This document shows, one piece after another, positions 34,215 to 43,669 of a stretch of DNA of 64,000 nucleotides. The DNA lies in contig JAXLSZ010000012.1 of the NCBI GenBank assembly GCA_046330315.1, positions 398 to 64,397 on the forward strand, written 5' to 3'. The translations under genes were made by a program, and so were the position numbers. Positions within the stretch are counted from its first letter, which is position 1. Each line of letters opens with the position of its first letter. The notes under the pieces were generated by a model. That model did no database searches. It had not been told where the DNA came from and was given only the letters and a program-made list of their open reading frames with translations. Origin of the DNA: Solirubrobacterales bacterium. GTDB taxonomy: Bacteria; Actinomycetota; Thermoleophilia; Solirubrobacterales; 70-9.

Positions 34215-35738
34215 TCACGGATACTGGGTCGGGTTGGAGGGGCCGGCGGCCGCGGCGGGGCCGTTGAGGTCGGGAACCGCGTTCTTGTAGCAGGCGACGT
34301 CGGAGCGGATCGGGGGCACTCCGCGCAGGCGCGGGCGGGTCCCCAGCGGGGGCGAGATCGTGTTGCCGAACATCTCGTTGGCGACGGGGGCGGTGCTGCC
34401 CTTGGGGTTCGGCGTCTTCACGGTGACCGGGCCGCCGCCGGGCTGGAAGCGGACGTAGGAGCCGTTGCCGTCGAAGTTGGCGCTCTCGCCCGAGACCCCC
34501 GTCGTCGCGTAGAAGAACTCGCGGTAGTTGGGCTGGCCCGAGGTGAAGTCGTAGGGGCCGTAGCTGTCCTGGAGGACCACGTTGCCGGCCGGGATCAGGT
34601 TGTGGGTCACGCAGCGGTTGAACCTGGTCAGCTTCGGCAGCATCTGCAGCGTCTGCCGGCTGGCCTCGGCCAGCAGCGGCGTCCCCCGCTTCAGCAGCTT
34701 CGCGATCCCGCCCAGCTCGCGCTGGCTGAGCAGCGGGTAGGCCTCCTTGAGCCAGGGGATCCCCGCCTTGATCGTGGCGGGAAGCTCGGCGATCGCGGGC
34801 CGCAGGGCGATCGCGTAGCCCCGCAGCGCAGGCAGCGCGGCGTTGAGGCTGACCAGGGAGCGGTGGGTGGTGTCCAGGGTCGGCGCCAGCAGCCGCACCG
34901 ACTCCGAGAGGTTCCCCGACTGCGCCGCGAGCGCCCCGGTGAAGGTGTTGAAGTTGGAGATCAGCCCCTTGAGCTGCGCCTCGCGGGCAGCCAGCGTTCT
35001 GAAGATCCGGTTGCCCCCGACCAGGATGCCCCGCAGGTCGCTGCGCGGGCGGGTACCCAGCAGGGCCTCGTTGACGATCGCCGAGCCCCGGCCCGCGGCG
35101 GCGCCGTAGTCGAAGGCCTTGTTGAGGGCCTCCGCCGCCGTCAGGCCCCTGACCTCGGGGTCCTGGGTGGCGTCCTCGGCAGCGGTCGGCTCGTGGGTGA
35201 GGGCAGTGCCGAAGCCCTCGAGCAGCAGCTGCAGGTTGGTGCGCTCGGGCTGCTGCAGGGCGGTGAGGATCTGGTCGAGCTGCACGGCGGTCGCGGTGCG
35301 GCTGAGCGGGATCGTGGCGTTGTCGGGCAGCTCGGGCGCGCTGGGGCTGCCCGGGTCGAGGTCGATGAAGAAGTTGCCCTCGAGGAAGATCCGCGGGCGG
35401 ATCGTCGCCGCCGCGTCGCTGTGGATCGGGCGCCCGGCCCCGTCCACCGTGAAGGTGACGACCGAGTTGCTCCCCTTGCGCTCCAGGCCGGTGACCTTGC
35501 CGACGTTGACGCCGGCGATCCGCACCGGGGCCTTGTCGCTGATGTTGACCGCGTTGGCGAAGGTCGCCTTGAGCTCGTAGCCCGGGCTCTGGAAGGGGAT
35601 CTCCTTGGTGAAGGCCAGGTAGAGGCCGACCACCACCAGCAGGATCATCACCGTGCCGACCACCGCCGGCCCGGGCCCGCCCCAGCCCCGGAAGAAGGTC
35701 TCGTTGTACTTGCTCTTGCTCTTCGCCTTGGGCGCCAT
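34215..35738 (-). CDS. MCE family protein, fourth of six.
   Basis: ORF 34215..35738: transmembrane segment, ATFANAVNISDKAPVRIAGVNVGKVTGLER...ATIRPRIFLEGNFFIDLDPG. Confidence 0.85.
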   Translation of the reverse strand: MAPKAKSKSKYNETFFRGWGGPGPAVVGTVMILLVVVGLYLAFTKEIPFQSPGYELKATFANAVNISDKAPVRIAGVNVGKVTGLERKGSNSVVTFTVDGAGRPIHSDAAATIRPRIFLEGNFFIDLDPGSPSAPELPDNATIPLSRTATAVQLDQILTALQQPERTNLQLLLEGFGTALTHEPTAAEDATQDPEVRGLTAAEALNKAFDYGAAAGRGSAIVNEALLGTRPRSDLRGILVGGNRIFRTLAAREAQLKGLISNFNTFTGALAAQSGNLSESVRLLAPTLDTTHRSLVSLNAALPALRGYAIALRPAIAELPATIKAGIPWLKEAYPLLSQRELGGIAKLLKRGTPLLAEASRQTLQMLPKLTRFNRCVTHNLIPAGNVVLQDSYGPYDFTSGQPNYREFFYATTGVSGESANFDGNGSYVRFQPGGGPVTVKTPNPKGSTAPVANEMFGNTISPPLGTRPRLRGVPPIRSDVACYKNAVPDLNGPAAAAGPSNPTQYP

Positions 35739-35742
35739 CTCG

Positions 35743-37182
35743 CTACCTCACCGGGGGCGAGGGAACCTGCCCCGAGGTCTTGGTGCCCTGGTTGCCGGGA
35801 ACGTTGCCGATCACCGTCTGTCCCGCCAGGAAGGGCTCGTTCCCGGCCTCGCACTCGTGCGGGCTCTGTCCCGGCGCGGCGGTGTTCGGCAGGGGGTTGT
35901 AGTGGAGGTGGTTGCGCTCGTCGGGCCCGTTGGCCGGAGCCGAGGACGGGCCGGCCTCGCCGTTCGGGAAGGTGCCGGTCACCGGGATCGGCGGCATGAT
36001 CGTGATCGTCCGGAGCCACTTGCCGGTGGAGTTCCCGCTGCTCCACATCTTCGAGGAGTTCTCGAGCAGGATCGTCGCGTAGTTGCAGACCGACTGGGCC
36101 GGGACGACGAACCTGAGCGTCGGCTCGAGGATCTTGGTGGTGCGGCTCAGGGAGGTGAGGCCGTTGGTGACGTTGGGGTTCTTGCCGAACTTCAGCAGCG
36201 CCTCGGAGGTCGGAGGGAGCTGGTTGTTGAGGGCCGGGGAGGCGCGGAGCACCGGGGCGCCGACCGTCAGGGCCTGGGCCAGGGCCGGCGAGTTCTCCGC
36301 CAGCGCCCTCGCCCCCGGAGCGAGGTCGTTGAACAGGCCCGCCGAGTTGACCAGGAACGGCCTGATCCTCGGCAGGATCTCGATCGTCGCGTTCTCGGTC
36401 TCGACCCCGCGGCTGATCGACTCCTGGATGAAGGGGCGGGCGACCGAGGCCAGGGCGGCGAAGGTGCGGTCCAGGGCCACGAACATGCTCGCCTGCTCCT
36501 CGGCCACCGGGGCAAGCTCGGAGTTCAGGGCCTCCAGGCCGCGCAGGAACCCGGCCAGGTCGGTCTGCGGCGAGGAGAGGTTCCGCATCACCGGGATCGC
36601 CAGGTAGACCAGGGGGCGGAGCTGCCCGATCGCCGCGTTCAGCGAGGAGCCGCGGCCGGCGACCGCGCCGCCGAACTCGACCAGGTTACGTTGGATGTTC
36701 CGCCGCGTGGAAGCCTGGAAGGTGTTGAAGACCTGGTCTATCTCCACCGGCTCCGGGCGCGCCTGGCCGATCGGCAGGGTGCCGCCCTGGGGAAGCCCCT
36801 GGCTGGAGTGCCCCGGGGTGATCTGCAGGTACTTCAGCCCCAGCGCCGAGCGCGAGCGCACCACGAAGGTCGAGTCCACCGGGAGCGGCTCGACGCTCTT
36901 GTCGAGCTTGAGGTCGAGCTTCGCGTCCACCGAGCCGTCGGGGTTCTGGATCGGTGTGACCGCCTGGACCGTCCCCACCCTCACCCCGCCGACCCGAACG
37001 TCGTTGTTGCGGACCAGCGAGTTGGCGTTGGAGACGATCGCGGAGACCTGATAGGTCGGCACGAAGGGCAGCCCCGTGTTGGCGTTGTAGGCGAGGAAGA
37101 CCGCGACGATCACGATCAGCGTGGTCAGCGCCCCGACCAGTACCGGGCTCGCCGTCAGCCTCTGGATCGGTCCGCCCCTCAT
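35743..37182 (-). CDS. MCE family protein, third of six.
   Basis: ORF 35743..37182. ATGA overlap with the preceding gene. AIVSNANSLVRNNDVRVGGVRVGTVQAVTP...FVVRSRSALGLKYLQITPG. Confidence 0.85.
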   Translation of the reverse strand: MRGGPIQRLTASPVLVGALTTLIVIVAVFLAYNANTGLPFVPTYQVSAIVSNANSLVRNNDVRVGGVRVGTVQAVTPIQNPDGSVDAKLDLKLDKSVEPLPVDSTFVVRSRSALGLKYLQITPGHSSQGLPQGGTLPIGQARPEPVEIDQVFNTFQASTRRNIQRNLVEFGGAVAGRGSSLNAAIGQLRPLVYLAIPVMRNLSSPQTDLAGFLRGLEALNSELAPVAEEQASMFVALDRTFAALASVARPFIQESISRGVETENATIEILPRIRPFLVNSAGLFNDLAPGARALAENSPALAQALTVGAPVLRASPALNNQLPPTSEALLKFGKNPNVTNGLTSLSRTTKILEPTLRFVVPAQSVCNYATILLENSSKMWSSGNSTGKWLRTITIMPPIPVTGTFPNGEAGPSSAPANGPDERNHLHYNPLPNTAAPGQSPHECEAGNEPFLAGQTVIGNVPGNQGTKTSGQVPSPPVR

Positions 37183-38849
37183 GGTCCCAGCAGGTAGCGC
37201 AGCACCCCTGCGCTACCGCGGTCGAGGTTTCGCCGCCCCGCTGTGCCGGGCGGCGCGGGCGTGCCCGTCGCTCCCTGGGGAGCGGGCCCGGCTCCGGCTC
37301 CGGTTCCCGCTGCCCCGGTGTTCGGGGCGGACCGGCCCTGCGATCCGCTCCCCGGGGTCCCCGCGCCGGGGATCGTCCCGATCGCCGGGCCGAACGTCCC
37401 CAGGCCCGTCGTTGCGCCGGTCTCGCCGGCCGGCGCCGCCAGCAGGCCGCCGCTGCGCTTGGTGGCCTGGTCGAGGAGCCTGAGGATCGCCTCCCGGCTC
37501 GACGGGTTCACCGCACCCCTCAGGCGCGAGGACGCCGCGCCGGTGAAGTTTGCCCCACAGCCCCCGAAGGGCTCCTGCTGATAGATCACGCAGGAGGAGA
37601 CGAGGATGTTGGTCCGCTGGTAGTGGCCGTACTTGTCGAACCCGTTGTAGACCGCGGTGCTGTTGAGCAGGAACTTCATCAGCGCCGGGAAGGCGCCGCT
37701 GCGCTTCAGGCTGCTGGTCAGCACCGCCAGGTTGAAGGTGGGGTTCTCGGCGTTGGTCGCCGTGCCCCTGACCTGCCGCACGATCGGGTCCGACTGGGCC
37801 AGCGCCGGCCCGCTCTTCTCGGCCGCGTCGCCGAGGCTCTTCAGCGAGATCGTCGCGGCCTCCGAGAAGGGGCTCAGCGCCCGGGTGGCCCTGGTGATCG
37901 ACGGAGCCGCTCCGCCGAGGACGCTGACCACGGGGCGGGCGGCGTCCGAGAACCGGCCGAGGTCGTTCATGGTCAGCCGCAACTCGGTCAGCGTCTGCGG
38001 CAGCTTCTGGAGGTTCAGCTCGAGCTCGGCGCTGCGCTCGGCGGTGGCCGCCGCCGTCTCGCCGGCGTTGCGGATGAAGCCGGTGATGTGCGTCCTCTCC
38101 CGGGCCAGCGGCTCGAGGACCGCGTCGGAGTCCTGGGCGAGCCGGGCGAGCTGGCGGTTCTGCGCGGCCAGGATCGCCAGCACCTTGTTGGTCTGCCGCA
38201 GCGCCGGATCGGCCCGCAGGACTATCTGCTCGAGGTCCTTCCCCCGGGCCGCCAGCCCCGCGCCGAGGTCGTTGAGGATCAGCCGGAAGCGGTCGGCGTA
38301 GGGCTGGCGGTTGATGTTCTGGATCAGGTCCAGATCCACGGCCTTGCCGTTGTTCTCCACCGGCAGCAGGTACTGGCCGGAGCCCTCCTGGCCGCCGGGG
38401 ATCTGCCTCAGCTCCGGCGGAGGCTTCGAGCCGGGCGCGCGCTGCTGGGTCGGCTCGCAGTCGACGTACTTCTCGCCGATCAGCGACTGCGGCCGGATCA
38501 GGCAGGTCGCGTCGGTGCGGAAGTCCTGGAAGCCGGGGTCGGCGATCTCAAGCACGACGGCGGCCTTGCCGGGGATCGCCGCGCCGCGCCCGCCGGCGCA
38601 CTGTTCGACGTTGGTCTTCGGGCCCCGGCAGGAGTCGATCTCCCCGGGCAGGGAGACGTCCACCGATTGCACGGAGCCCACGTTGGCTCCGGCCACCCGC
38701 ACGTCCTCCCCGTTGACGACGAAACCGCCGTTGTCGAAGTAGGCGCGCACCAGGTATGAGCCGCCCGAGCCGCTTCCCCCGGCGCTGGCGACCAGCACGA
38801 GGGCCACGACCACGGCGACGGCCAGGGCTGTGAGCAGGATCCGCCTCAT
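37179..38849 (-). CDS. MCE family protein with a Gly/Pro/Ala-rich C-terminal tail, second of six.
   Basis: ORF 37179..38879. The ATG at 38849 makes an ATGA overlap with the upstream stop. MRRILLTALAVAVVVALVLV..., AYFDNGGFVVNGEDVRVAGANVGSVQSVDV. The tail reads GAGTPGSGSQGRSAPNTGAAGTGAGAGPAPQGATGTPAPPG. Confidence 0.85.
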   Translation of the reverse strand: MRRILLTALAVAVVVALVLVASAGGSGSGGSYLVRAYFDNGGFVVNGEDVRVAGANVGSVQSVDVSLPGEIDSCRGPKTNVEQCAGGRGAAIPGKAAVVLEIADPGFQDFRTDATCLIRPQSLIGEKYVDCEPTQQRAPGSKPPPELRQIPGGQEGSGQYLLPVENNGKAVDLDLIQNINRQPYADRFRLILNDLGAGLAARGKDLEQIVLRADPALRQTNKVLAILAAQNRQLARLAQDSDAVLEPLARERTHITGFIRNAGETAAATAERSAELELNLQKLPQTLTELRLTMNDLGRFSDAARPVVSVLGGAAPSITRATRALSPFSEAATISLKSLGDAAEKSGPALAQSDPIVRQVRGTATNAENPTFNLAVLTSSLKRSGAFPALMKFLLNSTAVYNGFDKYGHYQRTNILVSSCVIYQQEPFGGCGANFTGAASSRLRGAVNPSSREAILRLLDQATKRSGGLLAAPAGETGATTGLGTFGPAIGTIPGAGTPGSGSQGRSAPNTGAAGTGAGAGPAPQGATGTPAPPGTAGRRNLDRGSAGVLRYLLGP

Positions 38850-40135
38850 GGGCCCGGCGGCACGTCGGCCGGGTTGCACTTGCCGGTCAGCTTGCCCTGG
38901 TCGGTGAACGGGTTGGAGCCGGTGATCGGCTGGGTGGCGCCGCCGGGGCAGCGGGTGGAGATCGCCGTGGTGAACCCGTTGAACTTGTCCGAGAGCGGGA
39001 TCGGGTCGAGGTTGTTGGTCACCGAGTTCCAGGCGAAGAGGTTGAAGGCGGCGTTCTGGACCCGCGCGTAGTGGCCGTCGGCGTCGTAGTAGCCGGTCAC
39101 CTGCCCGAGCCGGGTGAAGGAGCCGAGCAGGTCGGGCGCGTAGGGGCGGGCGAAGGAGATCACCGGCTCGGACGCGTTGAGGGCCGCCACGCCGGTGCGG
39201 GAGGCGGCGCCCCCGCGCTTGTGCAGAGGCACCGAGGCCTTGACCACCTCGGCGAGCGGGTTGGAGCCGTCCGGGGCCTTCACGGTGTCGCGCAGGTCCG
39301 AGAACACCGGCACCGCGCGGTTCAGCACGGGGCGCAGCCTGAGCAGGAAGGGGTTGAGGTTCTTGGTCGCGACCTTCGAGGTGTTGACGAGGGGGTCGAG
39401 GTCGTCGAGGGCGGCGCGGAGGTTGACGAACGTGGTGTTGGCCTGGCGCAGGGTCGGGGGGAGCTCCTGCAGGGAGCGGTCGAGGGCGGCGTTCTGGCTG
39501 GCGATCGCGCCCAGGGAGGTGTTCGCGTTGGAGACCAGCGAGGTCAGCTCGTCGCGGCGCTGGGCGATCGCCGTGACCACCTTGCCGCCGTTGACGAGGA
39601 AGTCGGCGAGGACCCGCTGGTCGGCGCTGAGCTGGCGCAGCAGGCGGTCGGTGCTGCTCAGCGACGGGGCGAAGTACTTGTAGGCGGCGTTCGCCTCCTC
39701 GCCCTTGCCCGCGTAGAGGGCCGCGAAGCCCTGGATCACGTTCTGCAGGCCCTTCCTCGCCCTCGGGGTGAAGGTGCCGAAGAGCTGGTCGAGGTCGACC
39801 GGCGTGGTCGTCGCGTCGCCGCGCAGGGTCGCCCCGTCGGGCAGCGCCGGGCTGTTGTCGGGGCCCGGGGATATCGAGACGTAGCGGCCCGCCACGGTCG
39901 AGAGGGACGGGGTGCGGATCACCGCCGTGGTGCCCTCGTGCAGCTGGTCGTCCATGGTGATGTCCACCTCCGCCTGGTTGTCGGGCGTGAGGCTGACGCT
40001 GTCGACCGACCCCGCCGGGGCGCCGCCGACGAGGACCTGGTTGCCGCTGACCAGCTGGCCGGCGGTCTGGAACAGCAGCTTGTACTTGTGGCCGCCGCCG
40101 CCGCCGAACAGCAACACCGCGACGAGAACGACCAC
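38846..40135 (-). CDS. MCE family protein, first of six. Start probably upstream of 40135.
   Basis: ORF 38846..40135: LLFQTAGQLVSGNQVLVGGAPAGSVDSVSLTPDN...AVIRTPSLSTVAGRYVSISPG. The frame remains open upstream and encodes GRRTLITRLITIGALLAVVVLV (a typical Mce N-terminus), but without ATG/GTG/TTG. Confidence 0.8.
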   Translation of the reverse strand: MVVLVAVLLFGGGGGHKYKLLFQTAGQLVSGNQVLVGGAPAGSVDSVSLTPDNQAEVDITMDDQLHEGTTAVIRTPSLSTVAGRYVSISPGPDNSPALPDGATLRGDATTTPVDLDQLFGTFTPRARKGLQNVIQGFAALYAGKGEEANAAYKYFAPSLSSTDRLLRQLSADQRVLADFLVNGGKVVTAIAQRRDELTSLVSNANTSLGAIASQNAALDRSLQELPPTLRQANTTFVNLRAALDDLDPLVNTSKVATKNLNPFLLRLRPVLNRAVPVFSDLRDTVKAPDGSNPLAEVVKASVPLHKRGGAASRTGVAALNASEPVISFARPYAPDLLGSFTRLGQVTGYYDADGHYARVQNAAFNLFAWNSVTNNLDPIPLSDKFNGFTTAISTRCPGGATQPITGSNPFTDQGKLTGKCNPADVPPGP

Positions 40136-40380
40136 GGCGAGCAGCGCCCCGATCGTGATCAGCCGGGTGATCAGGGTCCGCCTACCGGGCGTCGAGCTGA
40201 CTGGCTGGTTTGGTGGATTCGCCGGCGTCGATCCGTCCTTTGGCCGTTCCCCGAGTTCTCCCCCCCGGGCTCTCCTTCCTGCTGCGCGGATCCTATCCGA
40301 GCGAGGGGCGGTCTCCCGAGCGCCCTAACGCACGGTTAACGATCCCGCCGGAAAAGGGAAAACGGCTCTGGCGAGCGGAT

Positions 40381-43299
40381 TCAGGGGACCTCGCGGCGGA
40401 GCCAGCCGCGGTAGAAGCCCTCCAGGTCGGGGAGGAACTCGTGGACCACCGGATAGCCCGGCGTCACCGCCTCGGTCTCCAGCAGCCGGCCCGAGACCGG
40501 GCAGTAGAACTCGCGCAGCTCCATCCAGTCCGGATCGCAGTGCGCCAGCCGCGGATAGACCTCCTCGAGGAGCTCGTCGGTGTCGCGGACGAAGACCGGC
40601 GCGTGCATCTTCCAGTTGCGGTCGTAGCGGCAGAAGTCGTGGCCCGCGTCCGAGCGGATCACCAGCTCCCGGTCGGAGCGGCGCCTCACCACGTTCAGCG
40701 CCTCGCCCACCGGCAGCACGATCGGATCGTCGTAGGGAACCCGCTCCTGGAGGACCGAGGTCCACTTCTCGAAGCGGTCGGGGTCCTTGTAGCCGGACTG
40801 GATGTCCTTGACCTCCAAGCGGGAGAGGCGCTCGTCCAGCAGCGCCGCCAGGGTCTCGCGCTCCAGCGGGCGGCCGGCGGCCCGCGGCGGCTCGACCTCG
40901 GAGACCTCGGAGGAGGACAGGAACGCGGCGGCGGACTCCTCGGGGGTGACCTTGCCGACCGGGGTGTCCACGGCGGCCGGGATGGTCGGCGTCTCGGCGT
41001 CGAATTCGAAGTCCTCTGGAAGGTCCCAGAAGCCACGGAACTCCGCCGCCCAGCGGGCGGAGAGCCTCATCGACTCCGCGTAGCCGACCTTGACGGGCTC
41101 GATCAGGTCGCCGGCCAGCACCCGTTCGCGCTCGCGCTGCCACCACTCCGCAGCCGGGACCGCGCGCTCCAGCCGCCGCTCCCGGGCCCGGGAGCGGCGC
41201 GCCTCGGGGCCGCCGCCGTCCTCGAAGCTGCCGCCCTCCTCGGGGCCGCGGCCGTCCTCGAGGCTGCCGCCCTCGGAGCCGCCGCCCATCTCGGGGCCGC
41301 CGCCCATCTCGGGGCCGCGGCCGTCTTCGAGGCCGACCGCGTAGACCGACTCGGCGAAGCGCGGCAGCAGGTGGCCCTCGGCCACGTCGCGGCGCACCGC
41401 CTCCGGGTCGCGCTCGAGCGGGTCGCCGAGGCCGGCCGCCCCCTTCATCACCGAGAGGTAGAGATCGCCGTTTGCGAAGGGCTCGAGAAGCGTCCAGTTG
41501 TCCAGTCCCAGGTTGCGCTCGCCCGCGATCCCGAGCAGCTCCGGCTCGTCGAAGGGGCCGTCGGCGAGCGGGTAGGCCTCGCCCGCCTCGGCCAGCTCGC
41601 GCAGGTTGTTCGCCTTGATGTTGTGGATGTAGGCCGCCGAGCCCGGGTAGCCGCCGAAGATCCCCTGCGAGGTGAAGAGCCTGGTGGTGCCGAGGTTCTG
41701 GAGCTCCCAGAAGGGCGTGTTCCAGATCATGTGCAGGGACTCGAAGCTGGAGCCGCCGCGATGGCGCCCGGGCCCTGAGGTGTTGGCCTTGATGCGGCGC
41801 GAGAGGTAGATCATCGGGCAGATCAGCTCCCACATCTCGACGTCGCCGGCGTCGCCCTCGGGATTGAACATCGCGGCGCAGGTGTCGGTGCCGTCGAGCA
41901 CGTACTTCGCGCCCATCCCCTGCGCGGCGATCTCGAAGTTCATGATCGCCGAGGAGTTTCCGTACTGGTCCACCCCGCCGCCCTGGATCACGTTCCCCGA
42001 CACCGAGTAGGACCCGATCACCTCCTCGATGAAGCCGCGTGACTGAAGCGCCCGCGAGAGGGTGCGCGGGTAGCCGGTGAAGGCCGGCTGCAGGAAGGCC
42101 CAGGCGATCCCGGTCGAGCCCTCGGCGTCGCCGAGATTGGCGATCGTCCCCTCCGGGAAGTTGGTCTTGACCGCGTAGTAGGCGCCGTCGTTGACCTTGT
42201 CGTTGCAGATCAGGGTCTGGGTGAACATCACCCAGATCGCTCCCTGCATCCCCGAGGGGGTGCAGTTCGCCGAGTGCCAGCCCCAGGCCGAGGCGCCGTC
42301 CATGTCGAGCTCGTAGTCGCCGTCTCCGCCGATCCGCACCTCGAAGGGCGCGTGCATGACGAAGTCGCGGCGGGCCCTCGCCGGAAGCTGGGGCTTGTCG
42401 GCGAAGGTCGTGTCCATGAAGGCGGCGGCGCGGTAGCGGCCCGGCACCGTCATCTCGCGGATCCGCGCCTTGAAGGAGCGCCGGCCCTCCTCGATAACCT
42501 CACGGCTGAAGCGCTTGAAGCGCTCGGCGCCCTCCTCGAGGACGACTCGCTCGACCGCCTCGCGGATCATGTGGCAGCCGGCCAGGCGGGTGCGCTCGTC
42601 GAGCAGGTAGTACATCGGCGCCCGGGTCTGCTTCTGGCAGCGCAGCAGGTGCCAGGCGGCGAGCTCGTCCTCCTCGCCGATCTTCATGCAGGGAAGGTCG
42701 ATGCCGTCGTCGAGGCGGTTGGTCGGGCCCACCGGGACCCCGCCCGGGGTCGAGGCGCCGATGTCCAGGACATGGGTGACGCCCCCGGCCCAGGCGATCA
42801 GCTCCCCCTCCCAGAAGATCGGCACGAAGGTCTGCACGTCGGCGTTGTGGACGTCGCCGATCACCGGGTCGTCGTTGGAGAAGATGTCGCCGGGGCGGAT
42901 CTTCGGGTTGTCCTCCCAGCCGTTTCGGACCATGAACTTGATCGCGTCCGACATCGTGTGGACGTGGACGATGATCCCGGTGGAGAGAGCGATCGAGTCC
43001 CCCTCGGGGGTGTAGAGCGCGAAGCAGAGCTCGCCTAGCTCGCGGACGATCGGCGAGGCCGAGATGTTCAACGCCGTCTCGCGGGCCGAAACCAGCCCCC
43101 CGCGCAGCCGCGCGAAGAGCTTCTCGTAGCCGATCGGGTCCGAGTCCTTCATCTCCAGCTCGGTGATCCCGTGGTAGTGGCCGGTCTCGGCGAAGAGGCT
43201 CTCCGAGGTGGCGAGCATCTCGTCCAGCCTCCGTCCGTCCCAGCCGATGCCCCCGCCCTCCCTGGGTTCCAGCCGGCGGCTCTCTTCGACCATCGCCAT
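40381..43299 (-). CDS. Acetone carboxylase alpha subunit-like (hydantoinase B/oxoprolinase family) fused to an acetone carboxylase gamma subunit-like domain.
   Basis: ORF 40381..43299 (972 aa). Hydantoinase-B-type body: GDVHNADVQTFVPIFWEGELIAWAGGVTHVLDIG, NPEGDAGDVEMWE, GPGRHRGGSSF. The C-terminal ~190 aa look like the gamma subunit: DFCRYDRNWKMHAPVFVRD...HCDPDWMELREFYCPVSGRLLETEAVTPGYPVVHEFLPDLEGF. A Gly/Glu-rich insertion is encoded at ~41204..41332. Confidence 0.75.
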   Translation of the reverse strand: MAMVEESRRLEPREGGGIGWDGRRLDEMLATSESLFAETGHYHGITELEMKDSDPIGYEKLFARLRGGLVSARETALNISASPIVRELGELCFALYTPEGDSIALSTGIIVHVHTMSDAIKFMVRNGWEDNPKIRPGDIFSNDDPVIGDVHNADVQTFVPIFWEGELIAWAGGVTHVLDIGASTPGGVPVGPTNRLDDGIDLPCMKIGEEDELAAWHLLRCQKQTRAPMYYLLDERTRLAGCHMIREAVERVVLEEGAERFKRFSREVIEEGRRSFKARIREMTVPGRYRAAAFMDTTFADKPQLPARARRDFVMHAPFEVRIGGDGDYELDMDGASAWGWHSANCTPSGMQGAIWVMFTQTLICNDKVNDGAYYAVKTNFPEGTIANLGDAEGSTGIAWAFLQPAFTGYPRTLSRALQSRGFIEEVIGSYSVSGNVIQGGGVDQYGNSSAIMNFEIAAQGMGAKYVLDGTDTCAAMFNPEGDAGDVEMWELICPMIYLSRRIKANTSGPGRHRGGSSFESLHMIWNTPFWELQNLGTTRLFTSQGIFGGYPGSAAYIHNIKANNLRELAEAGEAYPLADGPFDEPELLGIAGERNLGLDNWTLLEPFANGDLYLSVMKGAAGLGDPLERDPEAVRRDVAEGHLLPRFAESVYAVGLEDGRGPEMGGGPEMGGGSEGGSLEDGRGPEEGGSFEDGGGPEARRSRARERRLERAVPAAEWWQRERERVLAGDLIEPVKVGYAESMRLSARWAAEFRGFWDLPEDFEFDAETPTIPAAVDTPVGKVTPEESAAAFLSSSEVSEVEPPRAAGRPLERETLAALLDERLSRLEVKDIQSGYKDPDRFEKWTSVLQERVPYDDPIVLPVGEALNVVRRRSDRELVIRSDAGHDFCRYDRNWKMHAPVFVRDTDELLEEVYPRLAHCDPDWMELREFYCPVSGRLLETEAVTPGYPVVHEFLPDLEGFYRGWLRREVP

Positions 43300-43332
43300 C
43301 GCGGCGAGGAACTCTACCCGCCCGCCCCCGGG

Positions 43333-43667
43333 GTGGGACCTCTAATCGCTGACCCTCAGGGTTTAGAGGTCCCACGGCGGGCTGCGGACCGATCGGCGAT
43401 GGCACTCGCACCAGGCGCGCGGGGTCCGGGAGGGAAACGGGGCAGACTCGGCACACTCCGCGCGCCACCCGCACGCCACCCACCGCCACCCTCGCCCGAT
43501 GCTCCGGGTGGGACCTCAAAGCGCTGATGGTCAAGGTCGAGAGGTCCCACGTGGCCGGCCGCCCCGGCCGCCCGGCGCGTGGGGCCACTCGTCACCGACG
43601 CCGTGGGACCAGTCATCGCCGACGCCGTGGGACCTCTTCCCGTCGATGGTCAGGGTCTAGAGGTCCC
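43333..43667. repeat. Three copies plus one half-site of the GTGGGACCTC...AGAGGTCCCAC hairpin element, locus B.
   Basis: Copies at 43333..43376, 43508..43551 and 43627..43667; half-site cgtgggacc at ~43604. Loops share (c/g)tgatggtca(g/a)ggt or ctcagggtt. The third copy abuts the GTG start of the DUF559 gene. Confidence 0.85.
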
Positions 43668-43669
43668 GG

